This document shows positions 13,451 through 26,805 of a stretch of 59,520 nt of DNA, piece by piece. The position numbers and the translations under genes are program-made. Numbering within the stretch: the stretch's first letter is position 1; the number at the start of each line of letters is the position of its first letter. The stretch covers positions 1 through 59,520 of the forward strand of contig JBFLGF010000222.1 in the NCBI GenBank assembly GCA_050230475.1. The letters are read 5' to 3'. Below the pieces are notes generated by a model. It saw only the letters and a list, made by a program, of their open reading frames with translations, did no database searches and was not told where the DNA came from. The stretch is from Ancylonema sp. Lineage: Eukaryota.

Positions 13451-13959
13451 TAAATGACACCGATTCTTTCCATTTTATTATATTTTACAACAAATAATAT
13501 TTTATCAACACATACAAAACATTGATCGTCCGTCCTCATGTCTTCTCTTAAAGGATCGTCCTCAAGCCTAGAAGACGAAAAATATCACGGAGATTCCAAG
13601 TCATTGGGGTATTCCATCACAAGACTTTTGTCGTCCTAGATAGCCTTGTTGTCCGCCAGAACGTTGTAACTATATTGTTGGGAAGGCGGGGGGGGGGGTG
13701 GGGGAAATTGCGTGCCCAAAGTGTCCCCAATTTGCTAGGTGTAATTTTTACATTTTGATCATCATGACTGTAAATTAGTAACGATTTACATGTAAGGCCA
13801 CCGTCAAATGACATGGGTTTTTGTAAAATAACGATATTACTGTACTTCGTAATTTTCTTATGTATTACTTACGCCGAAGTCCGGATTACGTCAAATTAAA
13901 AACCCTAACTCCTATGCTCCTAATCGCTCCTGGGCTTTCGCCAAATAAAAATTCACCTC

Positions 13960-14288
13960 GTTTTGGAGTGGCGTGTTCAAGGAAATTGTATATTATGGAA
14001 CATGTAACATAGAAACCCCACGCCATAATTTTCCGAAATTCCCATTTGAAAATATTTGAACGATATATTTAATGATATTTGTGATCGTACTAGCCATATG
14101 TGACGGGCTTCCGTTATCATTTTCCCTTATTATCATATACAACCCCCCCGTAATGTTTGTGGATGTGAAAATATACTTTTCCATGGAAAATACAAAAATC
14201 CTAAAAATCACCCGGTTTGCCTGGTTCCGAACCGATTCCACATCGGAACCGAGTTTAGTTGAAAAAACGGCCGGTCTGTGCAACTATG
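13960..14288. mobile_element. Right-end fragment of the CATAGTTGCA hAT-like family
   Basis: Ends in CCGGTCTGTGCAACTATG. Shares the GGCGTGTTCAA motif with 7570-7615. Confidence 0.6.
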
Positions 14289-15310
14289 CTAATAATCATA
14301 CTACCTACTACCATCTACTTTATTCCTACAACCTAGAACTGATCTACGAGAATAGACTCATCACTTCGAAAATGTTCACCTTCGATGTTTTTTTTCCCCA
14401 TCATAAATATAGGTTTTGCGCATCATCCATACGCACCAGTACCTGCGTTAAACCTCGTGGCGGTGCTTGACCAACTATAGTTTTCACGGCGCTCACTATA
14501 TTGTCATCATTGCACATAAACTAAAAGTTTTCTTTCAAGTCAATGCACTTCTCTATAGGCTCTATTTGCAATTTACCAAAACAAGTACTCTGATAACAAA
14601 AAGCACTTGTACGCTCTATACTTGATACAGCGGGTGTCAACGTGCCCAATCCGAACGATCGAAAATCGTGTGTCTACCTTTTCAACAAAATTTGTGCAAT
14701 ATTCGGAGTACGGAATATTCCAAATATTATTCATTATTCGGAATATTCGATTTGTCCCGCGACGATCAGATTTATCTTTCTATCTTTGAGGGCGTTCATA
14801 TTCAAGTTCAAGCGAAGCATTATTCGGGTATACCGACTCCATCCCGAGGATTTTCTGGACATGCAGTTGAAAACACTAGAACGACGCATGCATATTGCTG
14901 AGGGCCTCAAAATAAAGTTGTTGCACTTCCTTCCGAGAGTCGTTTTTTTTAGTGAGCCTCCAGCACGCTCAGAATCCTCATTTCAATTCGGGAATCTACA
15001 CCAACCATTCAAAGCATCACATCTCACACGGACTCGGCACGTGAATTGCGTCTTATCCTTACCACCATCCTACAATGTGGGAGGACAAGATACACTCGAT
15101 AACACATCGAAGAGACGTTCTGTGTCCCTAAAACTCCAAGGAAACTTAACACCGCGGTGTAGTGTGGTGTGTTGTTGTTGGGAGGAGGATGTAGACCCAA
15201 AACCTACAAAGCACACTCTCGGACAAAAGAGATGTTGTAAAGTCTCACCGTGTGTAGGAGATCCCCCGTGTCGCCACGGGGGAGGTGTGTAGGAGATCCA
15301 TATTATTATC

Positions 15311-18300
15311 TCATTTTCTGAAACATTGGAAGTTTTCTTCCGCATCCGCTGTTGCCGCCATAACAGCATCCTCGTTCCTTCCGTCAAATGTCAACCTTTT
15401 TTTTTCCGGTTATTGTCCGCCCCGAAAGCCACATGCACACACAAGGCCACAAAATGGAAACGTGAGCAGATATGTTTTTATTTCCATGAGAGTATATCAC
15501 GCATTAGTTTTGCGGATGCGAGGTGGGGTAGAGGACCAAACAAAAAAGGAAACCAATGTCGTTCAAATGTGCCCTAAAGCCACAAGCCCGTCGAGCAAAG
15601 TATGCACATATGCACATATGCACATATGTGCATATGCGCATATGCACATACGCTTGTAGAAAACTAACCTTGTATTGTATAAAACTAGCCATATCCTGTA
15701 TTTAATATCCATATCTTGTACTGAACTACCCAAATATTGTATTGCAATAACACGTACCAAACTAAACACAACACTTTGGAGTCTGCGCATACGCATTCAA
15801 ACATCTATGGTGCGAAGGTGGAAGAAATGGCGAATTACATTGCAGTGAAATCATCGGTGCTATTGGTAGAGGGGTAGCTGCCGATGGACACCTCGGAGTA
15901 TTTGGCAGCAATTTCTCCCAGCTTATCCGCGATTTCACCCTCACCCTGGTCGGGCAAATTGAAATACGAGTATAAATATTTTGGATGTCATTCGAAATGG
16001 AGCGCACAATAAGACTAAGATCAAGCTTGATATTGTTGTCCCACAAAAAAAAAAAAAAAAAAAAAAACATGGAAGTGCATGATGCAAGCCACAAGTTTTT
16101 TTTGTTACCAAAGAGAGAATTTATCGTGTGAATTCGTTTTACTTCTTGAGCCCGCCATAGTGAATTCTATGTAACCCCAATCCCCACCATAGGCTCGATA
16201 TTTATATGTATTCATCACTGACACTTCGAGACTTGATGATGTGTAATCGACTTTTAGTGTAGGAACAAAGATAGGTCCCAACATGTACAAGTGAATGATT
16301 GATTTAAAGTAAATGATTTCCAAGTAAATGAAATAATTTCGTATTTCGGCTCCCATGCCTCCTCCATTTGTATGTAGGCGATAGATGTGCGACAACTTTG
16401 CTTCCCGGTTCCATATTGTATGCTACAATAGCTCACTTGTCATGTGCCTTTTTTAATTTAATTTTATTTATTTTTTAGTTTTTTTATTGTTTTATTGTTA
16501 TGTTTGGTTTTGTTCTAATTTTTTAAAGCAATGGTGCCGCACCTGGTGAGTGTACAAACGATCCGAATGGTTGAGAGGCCCGCTAAATCTCTGCAAACAC
16601 GCCCACAAAAAAAAAAAAAAAAAAAAAAAAAACAAGAATCGCTGTTAGTCTACCTTAAAACTTTTTTTTTGAGAAAATAATGCAAACTCGTACAATTTGT
16701 TTGTAAGTGTACCTTAGGAATCGCAATTCGATAATCCTCCGGTCGTAAATATCACAAAAACGTTCTAAATGCTCCGTTTGTACAAACGTGGAGAGTGTAC
16801 CATGGATCTTGTACAAACTAGTCATGAGTGCCTCCAGGTGCAGGTGTGTATATTATCACTCAAGCGTTCAATAAAACCTCTCAACCTTATTTGTAAGTTG
16901 ATTGATTATTATTTTGGCAAGGTTCTACAGTGCTCAAGTTGGCGGCCCACGAGCACGTGAGAACATGGATCAATTCCTTCGTTCTCGACAATATTAAGTG
17001 TGTTTTTATACTCTCTTTTTTTACAATCGAAAAAACTGAAGTGGAAATCTTCCAAGCACGTCGTGGTCATCTACTCTCAAAGAGACTGGTGAAGCAAATC
17101 TTAAAACATCAAAGTATCCGCCATGTACATATTTACCTCTTTCTGAGCAACAACCATCTTCGTATACAAGCGTGGTATGCCCGGAAGAATATAGACATTT
17201 TCAACGAGGGCAAGGGGCACCCATAGACCGGGAGTTTCGAGAACCTCACAACCTGGCAAGAGGGAAGATAACGAAAAGTTGGAAGGTAGAGTGTGTGGAT
17301 CAACCTTCAACTTCTGCAGCATGATGTAATGGAGCAGGCCACAAATGGCACCATCGATTTTCGAAAAGCTTAGAAGAAAACTCATAGCGAGATTTCGGAA
17401 CGAAGCGGCACGTATATTTATTGACACGATTTGGCATGTACAATAAAATTTGTAACAATGTTTTAATGTTTGTTTTTTGTTTTTTTTTCCGGTTTTTCCT
17501 TCTACTTTTTTTGGTCCCAAAGTTATCAATGAAGCGAGGTTGTACTCTGTACCTGACGGCAAAGGGGCCATCCGCAATCGAGCGGAATTCAATACTTTCC
17601 CCTGCGATTCGTAGTGACCCTTCATCTTCTGCACATGGACGACAATGAGACCTCTGTAAAGGCACACTTTTGGTTGGATATAACTTTGTGCCTTCATAGG
17701 GGGTAGAACTTGCAGACTTCATGATTCTGCGATTCCCAATTCTCCGTGCCTTAACATCGGGTGTGCCTTTACAGAGGTCCCCTACGAAAAGTATCGACAA
17801 CACGTATCATGTGCTCGCTAAACACGTATTTGAGGCATTTCTTCCTCTCTTCAAACAAGCTTTTCATTCAGCATCGAGAAACGTACCTCGACTGTCGGCT
17901 CGTGCACCTCTAGCTCCCTACCAAATGCAGCAGCAATGGCCTCGTAGGTGATGTCATCATGCGTCGCTCCGATTCCACCACTGCACATCACCACTAAAAC
18001 CTCAATATAAGGATGGTACTTGTTTCCTATATCGAGGTTTGGCTGTACCAAGGGGTGACATTGTTGTGAGTAGTGGGAAAACAAAGTCACAGACCTAACT
18101 CCCTTCCTCCCGTTTTTCACTTTAAAGTACTTCCATTCATTTCTATCATACTTACACTAGGAGATTGATTCCAACATGGGACATGCTCACCTACTCTCCA
18201 CCTTGTCTTGTTTAAACTTCTAGCGGTTATGTATCTTAGAGCGAGTAGTACGAAAATTTCGGTGTCATTTGCCAATCGACAGTTCAAAAAAAAGAAGAGG

Positions 18301-19252
18301 TGAAATACAACTATCTCAAGACTAACAATGGAAAAAAAAAAAAAAAAAAAAAAACGGGAACTCAAGAAATTAAAAAGTTAAGAGTCGATGAAGACACTTG
18401 CCTAGTAAAGACAAACCCGCTTGGCCCAACCATAGTTCGAAGACGTTGTAGGGAGTATATGATTTCCTCTCGCACGTCACGAACAACCTCCGCTTTAACG
18501 AGGTCAACACCCCAGCTGAACAACAACTTTGCTGGCTAAAAAAAAAACGACCAACGAGAAAAATAAGTAACGACCAACCAACGACGGAGAGACACTCATC
18601 TTCGTCCAGAATATCGAGTACGGATCATCAGTTGAAAGTTTCACCTTCATTCCAAATGCCGAGCCTCTACTTGTTGTCATCGACACACACATGATTGGTT
18701 GGTTGGTTGGTTGGTTGGTTAGTTGGTTGGTTGGTTGGTTGATTTGCAATCTACAAGGGTTGGTTTCTATTGGAAGGTAATCCAAAGCAAACAATGGTGA
18801 TTTGTTCGCGAAGGCTAATCGTAAAAATAGAATCATGCCTCCGGCAGCGGACCTACAACGATGTGAGAGAAAGTCGTCTAAAACACACACATGCTCCACC
18901 AAACGTGCTTGCACCGTGCCCGTACTGTTCAAGCAACCTGAATACCCATGGTTCAAGCGGGCGGAATACTTAAAACCTGGTGGAATTGCAAGTGGAGCTT
19001 AAAGGCGAGCATACCTAAGGTAGCAGTGTTGGTGTCCTGAATCTTTCCGGTCAAGATTTCGTTTCCAATGACAAGTGCAGCAGCACGCGGTATCTCGCCT
19101 ACTTGAGCTGAGCAGATCCAACGACCTTTTTGCGGGTGTGATCCATTCTGAAAACTACGAAGGCGACTGGTATCATTGTAGCACAACTTCCTCCCGGCCG
19201 GGTTGATTATAGAATGCGCGAGCGAGCCGTAAGATTGCACGGAAATCCTCAT
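15311..19252 (-). CDS. Stand-alone COG1058/CinA-like molybdopterin-binding-domain protein (putative FAD pyrophosphatase), 8 exons
   Basis: Exons 19252-19015, 18531-18402, 17980-17887, 17628-17553, 17252-17137, 16590-16543, 15945-15839 and 15395-15311 splice in frame. They give AAALVIGNEILTGKIQDTN, FVFTSGGIGATHDDITYEAIA, RLRMAPLP, ENVYILPGIP and GEGEIADKL..VSIGSYP. The N-terminal ~48 aa is R/S-rich and transit-peptide-like. Confidence 0.88.
15600..15650. repeat. (ATATGCAC)n near-palindromic 8-mer repeat in an intron
   Basis: About 6 tandem units are visible. Confidence 0.8.
18694..18741. repeat. (TTGG)n microsatellite in an intron
   Basis: About 11 tandem units. Confidence 0.9.
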
Positions 19253-20138
19253 TCCAAAGGCTTAAATCAGGACGAGTTTTTTATTACTTTTGTTTTGGCG
19301 AGCAGCGCGTGCAACTCACAAAAGATATCACCTTCTCTACATCAGCTTTCGAAGTCGAGTTGGAGCGAGTTGTTCTGTACGGATTGTTCACTGGGTTGAG
19401 TGGTCCGTGATGCCGACAGAGACATCTGCAGTTGGCTTCTGTCCTGCGGGGTCTGAAAAGTTTTGACTCGGACGCGATCTCTCAGTCTAACGAGTGACAA
19501 ACAACTGCAAGTGGAAGTCCGGGCCCGAACGAGCATACGCAGCTGGTCCCCTTGGATCGGTACCGTGTCCGACCCTGGGGGATACCCGGGGGGAAGGAGG
19601 AGAAGCTGGACCTAGGCCAGCCGCCGACCCCAGCCCGCCTGCCCGCGGGTAAGAAAAATGCGGGGCGAGAATCCCAGGGTGAATCGTCCCCCGCAAAAAA
19701 CATCCGGGTGGGGGTCTCCGGCTTCACGTCCGCCAATCTTTGATCTGGTTCGTACGTTTCACCTCAGAACCGTGAGCTCGTGGCAGTAACCGAATCTTTG
19801 CTCGCGGTTGCTGACCCAGCCCACGTGATCGTCGACCTCAGCTTGTACATGTGACACCCTGACGCTTGATACTTTCAAGCACGTGACCAATCGTTGCACG
19901 GCGACGCGCCCATCATCTGTCAGGAATGAATCGGGTCAGGACACCGTCACAATCAACCTCCTCCCCTTTCCTTGCGCCCACTGGAAGAGAAACGAAACGG
20001 GTACTCTCAATTCTGATGAGGCTGAAAACTGATCCTCTACTGCACTCACTGGCATGACCACGGCAGCACTGCGGCCATTGAAGCAGACTGAGAAAGTCAC
20101 GATATTTGCTGATCCTCCTCCTGCCGTTTTCACTCCAG

Positions 20139-23100
20139 ATGGCATTCTCCTTGACTTCCCATACCTCGGCATCCCTATGTCGATTCACGGATCAACTTGC
20201 AGATCTACGTTGTAGTCACCTTCCTTCAACATCGGGCAGGTATGCTAGTCCCTTGAGCTTCTCAGCGAGGTGGCGTCACGTGACACCAGAAATCCGGCGC
20301 AATGCCGGGGCGCCCCTTTCAACGGGTGCACTCGGCAACGGCGCAGGAAACGAGGCAGCGAGCACTGACGATGGACAAATGGACATACATTTTGTGACCT
20401 GGTTCCGCGAGGCCTGGCCGTACATCCAGGGGCATCGAGGTAGTACCTTCGTGTTGGTGATCCCGGGGGAGGTTATCGCCGATAAGGGCAAGACGCACAG
20501 CATGCTGCGGGTAAGGCGCCTTTTGCACTGATGACGATAGTATACTCTGATGACGTTACCCTGCTTGGTTTCGTATACGGACCTGGACAGGTTGGGACTC
20601 AAATGAAGCAAATAACAATTTTCCGTACGTTGCGACTCTTCTGCTCAGTGCGTTTTGCGAATTCATTCTATTTATGGACTTTCGAGTGCGCGAGCTCGTT
20701 CCCAAACACTTTTTTTGGTAACAAGAACCTTCTATCCTTCCCCCGTTCCTCCCCCTTCAACCCTGCCCAACCCCTGCCGCCCCGCTTCCGCTTCCAGGAT
20801 GTCTCATTAATGCACGGACTGGGAGTGCGGTTAGTCCTCGTCCCGGGTACCCACGTGGCAATAGATTCCTTGCTTCGTGAACGGGGGTATGAGCCCCGGT
20901 TCCACGGGGCGTACCGGGTAACCGACCATGAGGCCCTGGAGGCGGCCATGGAAGCTTCGGGGAAGATTCGAGTGGACATTGAGGCGGTTCTCTCCACGGG
21001 CCCGTCGATACCCGTGCTGCGCAGGCATGGGGAAACGGACAGGAGGCACACGGTTTCCATATGTGTGGACAGCGGGAATTACGTGTCAGCAAAGGTGAGA
21101 GTTTGGACGGTTATGTCTTCATTTCTTTTCAATATATCTGTGATTGGGCGTGTTCTGTCGCAATCTGTTATCTTGCCCCTATAAAAAGTCAATGCCAGTT
21201 TTAGTGCCCCTAAAAAAGTCAAAGTCGGTTATAGTGCCCCTCTGGAAAAGTCATAATGTTTTGTGCCGATATTACGTGGTTGACTGAACAGCAGGCTTGC
21301 ACAACTGGTCTAACTTGTATAGCGGCGGTAGAAAGGAAAGACATGTGTATAAGCACATTTATACACACACGCGCACTATAAAATGTCCTTGTAAAAACAC
21401 CCAAGGCGGCCCCATAAACATACATCTGGCATGAGTGCCTCGCGCCTCTCATCTTACTGCGAGATCTCTTCCCCTTTCTCTACGATTCTGTTTTTCCACT
21501 CTGGTTCCTGGATCTAGCAAAGACCCAAACAGAGGAAAAGGAGGAAGGGGATCAAATGTAGACATAGACAGTATTTCAAAAAGAACATCAGATACTGGTG
21601 ACATGACTATAAGCCTCGACAGGCTATCATAACCAGCAGCAGAGAGGCAGATAGTCCCTATAATAGAAGGTGGTTACGAAAACTTTCGTTTCAAATCCGT
21701 CAGATCTCTGGAGCATAACAGGGGTGGGGATTTGAACGTATGGGGGCAGAGGCGGGGGGTTGTGGACGGCGTTGACTTTGGGTCAACGGGGGATGTGAAA
21801 AAGGTCGACGTGGCACGAATCCGAGCGAGGCTGGAGTCAAACAGCGTCGTCATTTTGTCGAATTTGGGATACACCGCGGCTGGAGAGGTGCTGAACTGCA
21901 AGTGAGTCATGGGGGAGGTTGGGAGGGGGTGGGGAGGGGGTTGGGGAGGGGGTGGGGAGGGAAGGGGGGTGGTGTCGATATTATTTTCGACAGGATGAAT
22001 TAATAATTTGAAATGGAGGAGGGGGAGGTGCAACATGGGGGGTCTGAATTTGAGAAGCTTCTGGGAAGGTGCTGAGTTTGTGCCAGCTGGCATGAAGTGA
22101 GGCATGGGAGGTCTCTCATCCAGTGATGTTGATAAACTGATCCCAGGTGATGTTGAGTTCCCAGGTGATGTAATGTACGGATTGTATGGCTCCCCCCATG
22201 GGGTGTTCAATACATAATAATATGCTACTCTACTTGTAACATACTTGAAAAATGTGTGGGCATATAGATGTGCATCTACCCTCCTCCCACCCCTTAACTC
22301 CCACCCGCGCCACCCTTCTCTAAATGCTCTCCACCCCCCCCCCCCTCCCAACTCCCCCGTCCCCCCCCCCGTCCCGCGCGGCTGTAGCACGTACGAGGTC
22401 GCTACAGCCGCGGCTGTAGCCCTCGGCGCCGACAAACTGGTGTGCATGTTAGACGGCCCCGTGTGCGACTCCGAGGGGCGTCTGATTCGCTGGATGACCC
22501 TTCAGCAAGCAGACCTTCTCATCCGAGAGCGTGCGAGTCAGAGCTACACTGCGGCGAATTACGTGGAGGCCCTGGCGGGAAAGGAGTACATGAAGGCTTT
22601 GGGGTTGGGGGGGGAGGGCGGCGGCGGCAGTGTGTATGACGTCGTGGGGGAGGAGGGGTGGGAGGGGGGGGAGGGGGGGGGTGGGGGGGGGGCGGTGGAC
22701 AGTGCGTGGGAGCTAGAGGAGGAGGCTGCAAGTCTTGCCAGGTGGCAAGCCCAGAGAGCTTTGTATAGTATGGAGGCGGAGGGGGGGGGGGGGGGGGAAG
22801 CTGGGGCTGTGCCTGTGAGGTTGCACGCTTTTAAGGCAGGGAGGGAGCAGAAGGAAGGGGGGGGGGGGTTTGCTATCGGGGGGGAGGAGAGACTGAGTCG
22901 GACTTATGGATATCTGTCGGAGCTGACTGCGGCTGTGTACGCTTGCCGGGTGGGGAGGGGGGGGGGGAAGGGGGGGAGGGGGAAGGAGGTGCCTTTCTCC
23001 GTGCGTTCTGTAGCCTAGATAGATAAGGTTTAGGGTGTAGGGTTTAAGCAGCCTGGGGACTGGGGACTAGGGACTGGGGAAGTAGGGATCTGCATGTGGG

Positions 23101-24734
23101 GGCGTCAGTAACGTGAACGTGTCGGGATTTGGTCGTGGTTCTGGATTTACAAACCTTCGGTTCAGGTCCTTACAACGGTAGCGTAAATGAAACCGACAAG
23201 AACCTGAAGGAGATGAGTAACCTGGTTTTCTAAAAGGTTTTATTTTTGGGTTTTGGGGGTCAGGCCGGTGTCCGTCGCGTCCACCTTCTCGACGGTATGG
23301 TGGAAGGCGCGCTTCTCCTGGAGCTTTACACCCGAGATGGCATCGGGAGCATGGTGTCCAGCGACCTCTACGAGGGAGTAAGGGCGGCGCAGCAAACGGA
23401 TTTGAACGGAATCGTGGCACTGCTGAAGCCACTGGAGGAAGCAAACATTCTGGTGCCGAGGAGGAGGCAGAGGGTAGGGCGGGTGGGGGGGGGTGGGGGG
23501 AGGAAGGAGAGGTTCTTGTTTTTTTTTCTTCTTCTTCTTCTTCTTCTTTTCCAGTGTCCCCTTTTTTGGTTGAATAATAATGATGAAGTTTGTCGGTGGT
23601 GCCCAGTGGAAGGGTTGAATGGGGTTGTGTGAGTTGGGGGTCTAGGCTCCATGGCAAGGGATTAGGGTTAGGGGTTTAGGGGTTTGGGGGTTTGGGTTGC
23701 GGGGCGAGGGCAGAGATAGGGTTGGGGGAAGATCGCTGGTGGGGGGGGGAACTGAGAGTCAGGGTGCAGAGAGAGGGAGTGGGGGAAGCGCCCCTGTCAG
23801 AATCCCAATGATGGGCAGAAGTGGGGAAGGGGAACCAGAATGGATTGTCGGTGAATCCATCTGTGGGGTCTGTGGGTCTGTGGAAGTCTGTGGGGTATGC
23901 TTTGCACACAGAATGAAGTAGGGGTGTATGTTTGTATTTTTTCTCACCGATTTTGACGGCGGTTATTCTGCGTCAAAGGAAGAAACGCGTGAGTTTTTTA
24001 CTGGTTTTCTGGGGGTTTTTTGGGGTTGTTTTGGGTTTTTTGTTGGTTTTTTTTTGAGGTTTCGTGGGAACACTACATCTAGGTGTGCCTCTTTACAGGC
24101 CGGGCCAATCTAACAAGTGACGTAAATAAAGCTCATCATCACGCATCTGACACGTAAGGGATCTGGGTCGGGTATGGGGTTTGGGAATTCCGGGTTTTAC
24201 CCCCAGCTGCTTCTCGAGCTCCCCTTTTTCACCGTAGTAGAGAGGGATGGTCAGCTCATCGCCTGTGCCGCCCTCTTCCCAGTCCCCCAAGACAGAAGCG
24301 CAGAGGTGGCTGCTTTTGCCGTGTCTCCTAAAGCGAGAGGCCATGGGAGGGGGGACAGTCTGTTGAGTGAGTGGAAGGGGGAGGGGGTTGGGGGTGGTGG
24401 GGGGGGTGGGTGTGGTGGGGGGGAAAGGCTGGGGGCTTGCCAATCCGGTCGGCTGAGTGATAAAGAGGGAAAATATATAACACTTTTTAAGTGGATGAGA
24501 TAGGGGGGGTTGTTGATAGGGGGGCAGGTTGTGAATGTTTTTTATTTACCTTCTGGTGTGGCGAGGAAGTGACGTTAGTGAGGGGGGGGGGGGGGGTGAG
24601 TTTTTGGTTCAGACTATTTAGAGACGAGGGCGCTTGACATGGAGATCGAGAAGCTTTTCCTTCTCACTACACGAACAGCGGATTGGTGAGGGGGGAGGGA
24701 GGGTCGCAAATCCAGAATGTCATGTGACCAAAAT

Positions 24735-24767
<33 letters not shown>

Positions 24768-25636
24768 CGGGGATTGTCATAGCCGGACACAGTACACCCC
24801 CTTTATAAAAAAAAAAAAAAAAAAAATGTATCAATATACGTACTGGTCAAACCTTGTATATGTTGTGTACCTTTATACCTTGAATGCCTTGTGTAATACC
24901 TTGTATATGGTTGGAGGACCACAATAGCACATCATCAAACCTGACATAACGTTACATAATGATGTCCCCACCTTTTCCCCCAACCCGTTCTGAACAATGA
25001 TATCTCCGCCACTCTGCATCCACCCTCGGTCCTTGAAATAAATGAATGAATGAATGTTGATATTTTTTCTATTCATTGTTCTCCAACCCCCCTTGGAATA
25101 CTGTTTTGTAAGGGACATTTTGATTTCTATTTTTTGTTTTCCCCACCCCACCATCTAGTAAACCAAATTATGCAGTGGGGAAGTATGTCCGACACATACG
25201 GTGTGCAGCATAACTACTCTATTCATAATATGTGCATAAGTTGAACACACAAGTCACATAAAAAACACACTAAAGGTACTGTACACAACTTACATGACAT
25301 ATAATGCACCACATAGCATGTATAAGATACCATACTACATTTGGCATAAGACATGTGGCATAAGTACCATACGGAATCACTTCATCGCAACTTCATAAGA
25401 CGTCCTCGTTCCATTTTCCCAGGTTTGTCCAACGAGGTTTTGAGGCGTGTCCGTTGGAAGACTTGCCTCTCGAGCGGCTGAAGAGAGTGGACCGGAGTCG
25501 CAACTCCAAATCGTTCATGAAGAATTTGAGGAAAGAAGTCGAAGCAGCCCAGGATCCTCACTTACAACCACCCTCGGATTTGCCCAAGTACGGGCAAACT
25601 GTGGCGGGGGGTGTAGGACAGAGGGCGAGAAATTAG
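20139..25636 (+). CDS. NAGS: Amino-acid N-acetyltransferase / N-acetylglutamate synthase (plant ArgA-type, AAK + GNAT domains), 8 exons
   Basis: Exons 20139-20510, 20798-21094, 21750-21901, 22388-22949, 23264-23473, 24207-24366, 24613-24685 and 25423-25636. Motifs FVTWFREAWPYIQGHRGSTFV, RRGVVDGVDFGSTGDVKKVD, GFAIGGEERLSR, LLLELYTRDGIGSMV, LFLLTTRTADWFVQRGF and SRNSK. A transit-peptide-like N-terminus is present. An upstream exon is possible because the ATG follows CAG. Confidence 0.95.
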
Positions 25637-26496
25637 AGGAGTGTGGGAGACGAAAGTTTTTAAGATGGGTCGTAGGACTGGACGAAAGATGGGTTTGAAT
25701 GGAGGCACAGAAGCAAGGAAACTCCCCCTATATTTACACCCCTCTCCCCTACCTTTTCGTTTTTTTTTTTTTTTTTTTTCCCCTTTTTTTTTAAATCTGA
25801 AAGTACACAAATGTGGTGCTTGTCTTCTTTGTGAGAAGTTGAAGATAAGTAGAAAGCTTAGTTTAGGGGACGCCATGTTAGAGGGACGAGAGATTTCCAA
25901 TGTACAGATGATATCACTTTTGCTAGTTAAAACTAGAAATAGGGATGACAAAGGGGTCGATGTTAGTGTTCTTAAATTCGAAGCCTGTCCATTCGAAGGC
26001 GCGGGTAGGAAGTAGTCAATAATGGCTATGAGAAGTGAAATCAGACATAGGTGTCACAAGAGTTTGTCCACGTACGCCATAGTTTTGTGCAACTCCATCA
26101 ATGTCTACATTTAGAGTGAACGATGTGATAGATGTGAAGTTCGCGTTATTTTTCACGAGGCATGATTTGCAACATGAAGTCGAAAACATTCAGTTGGGCC
26201 TTTGCAAGGGAGGCTTAAAGCAAATAAGTGAGTCTGCGAAATGAGACGTGTCACACAAAACGTCATGTACCATTTTGAGATAGGGGGTTCAATACCATTA
26301 TGTAACAAATTGTATGCCGTCACGTAGAGAGCAAACCGGAAAGTGGCGCCACAGGGGGGGCGGCCACAGTAGAGTTTCTCAATAATCTTAGACTACGCGT
26401 TGACAAAGTCGTTCTTGAGTTGCAGCCACGGCCTCACATAGCCCCAAGTTCGATGTGATGGCACTTGTTGCATAGACCATTGTGGGTCAATGCGCT

Positions 26497-26805
26497 TACT
26501 TATGGTCGGCATTTTAGTCCTTACCTAATTGTGCGTACGAATACAGGATCTAGCAAAGTCACATAGATACGTGGTAATTTTTCGTAGTGAATGACATTGT
26601 GTGCTTGTATAAATGAATGTTTCACATTCAAATCTGAACACTAATAGAATACTTATGGTCGGCATTCAAGTCCTTACCTAATTGTGCGTGCGAGTACAGG
26701 ATCTAGCAAAGTCACATAGATACGTGGTAATTTGTCGAAGTGAATGACAGTGTGTGCTTGTATAAATAAATGTTTCACATTCAAATCTGAACATTAATAG
26801 AATAC
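26497..26805. repeat. Tandem duplication, 153-bp unit x2
   Basis: TACTTATGGTCGGCATT... recurs at 26497 and 26650 with few substitutions. Confidence 0.95.

Noticed and set aside
8179..14288. Pack-hAT capturing the F-box gene
   Set aside because: Flanks CTATAGCC and CTAATAAT do not form a TSD, and both ends look like the same end type.
14642..15292. 216-aa ORF as a gene
   Set aside because: No recognisable motif and a non-ATG start. It abuts the 3' end of the COG1058 gene on the opposite strand.
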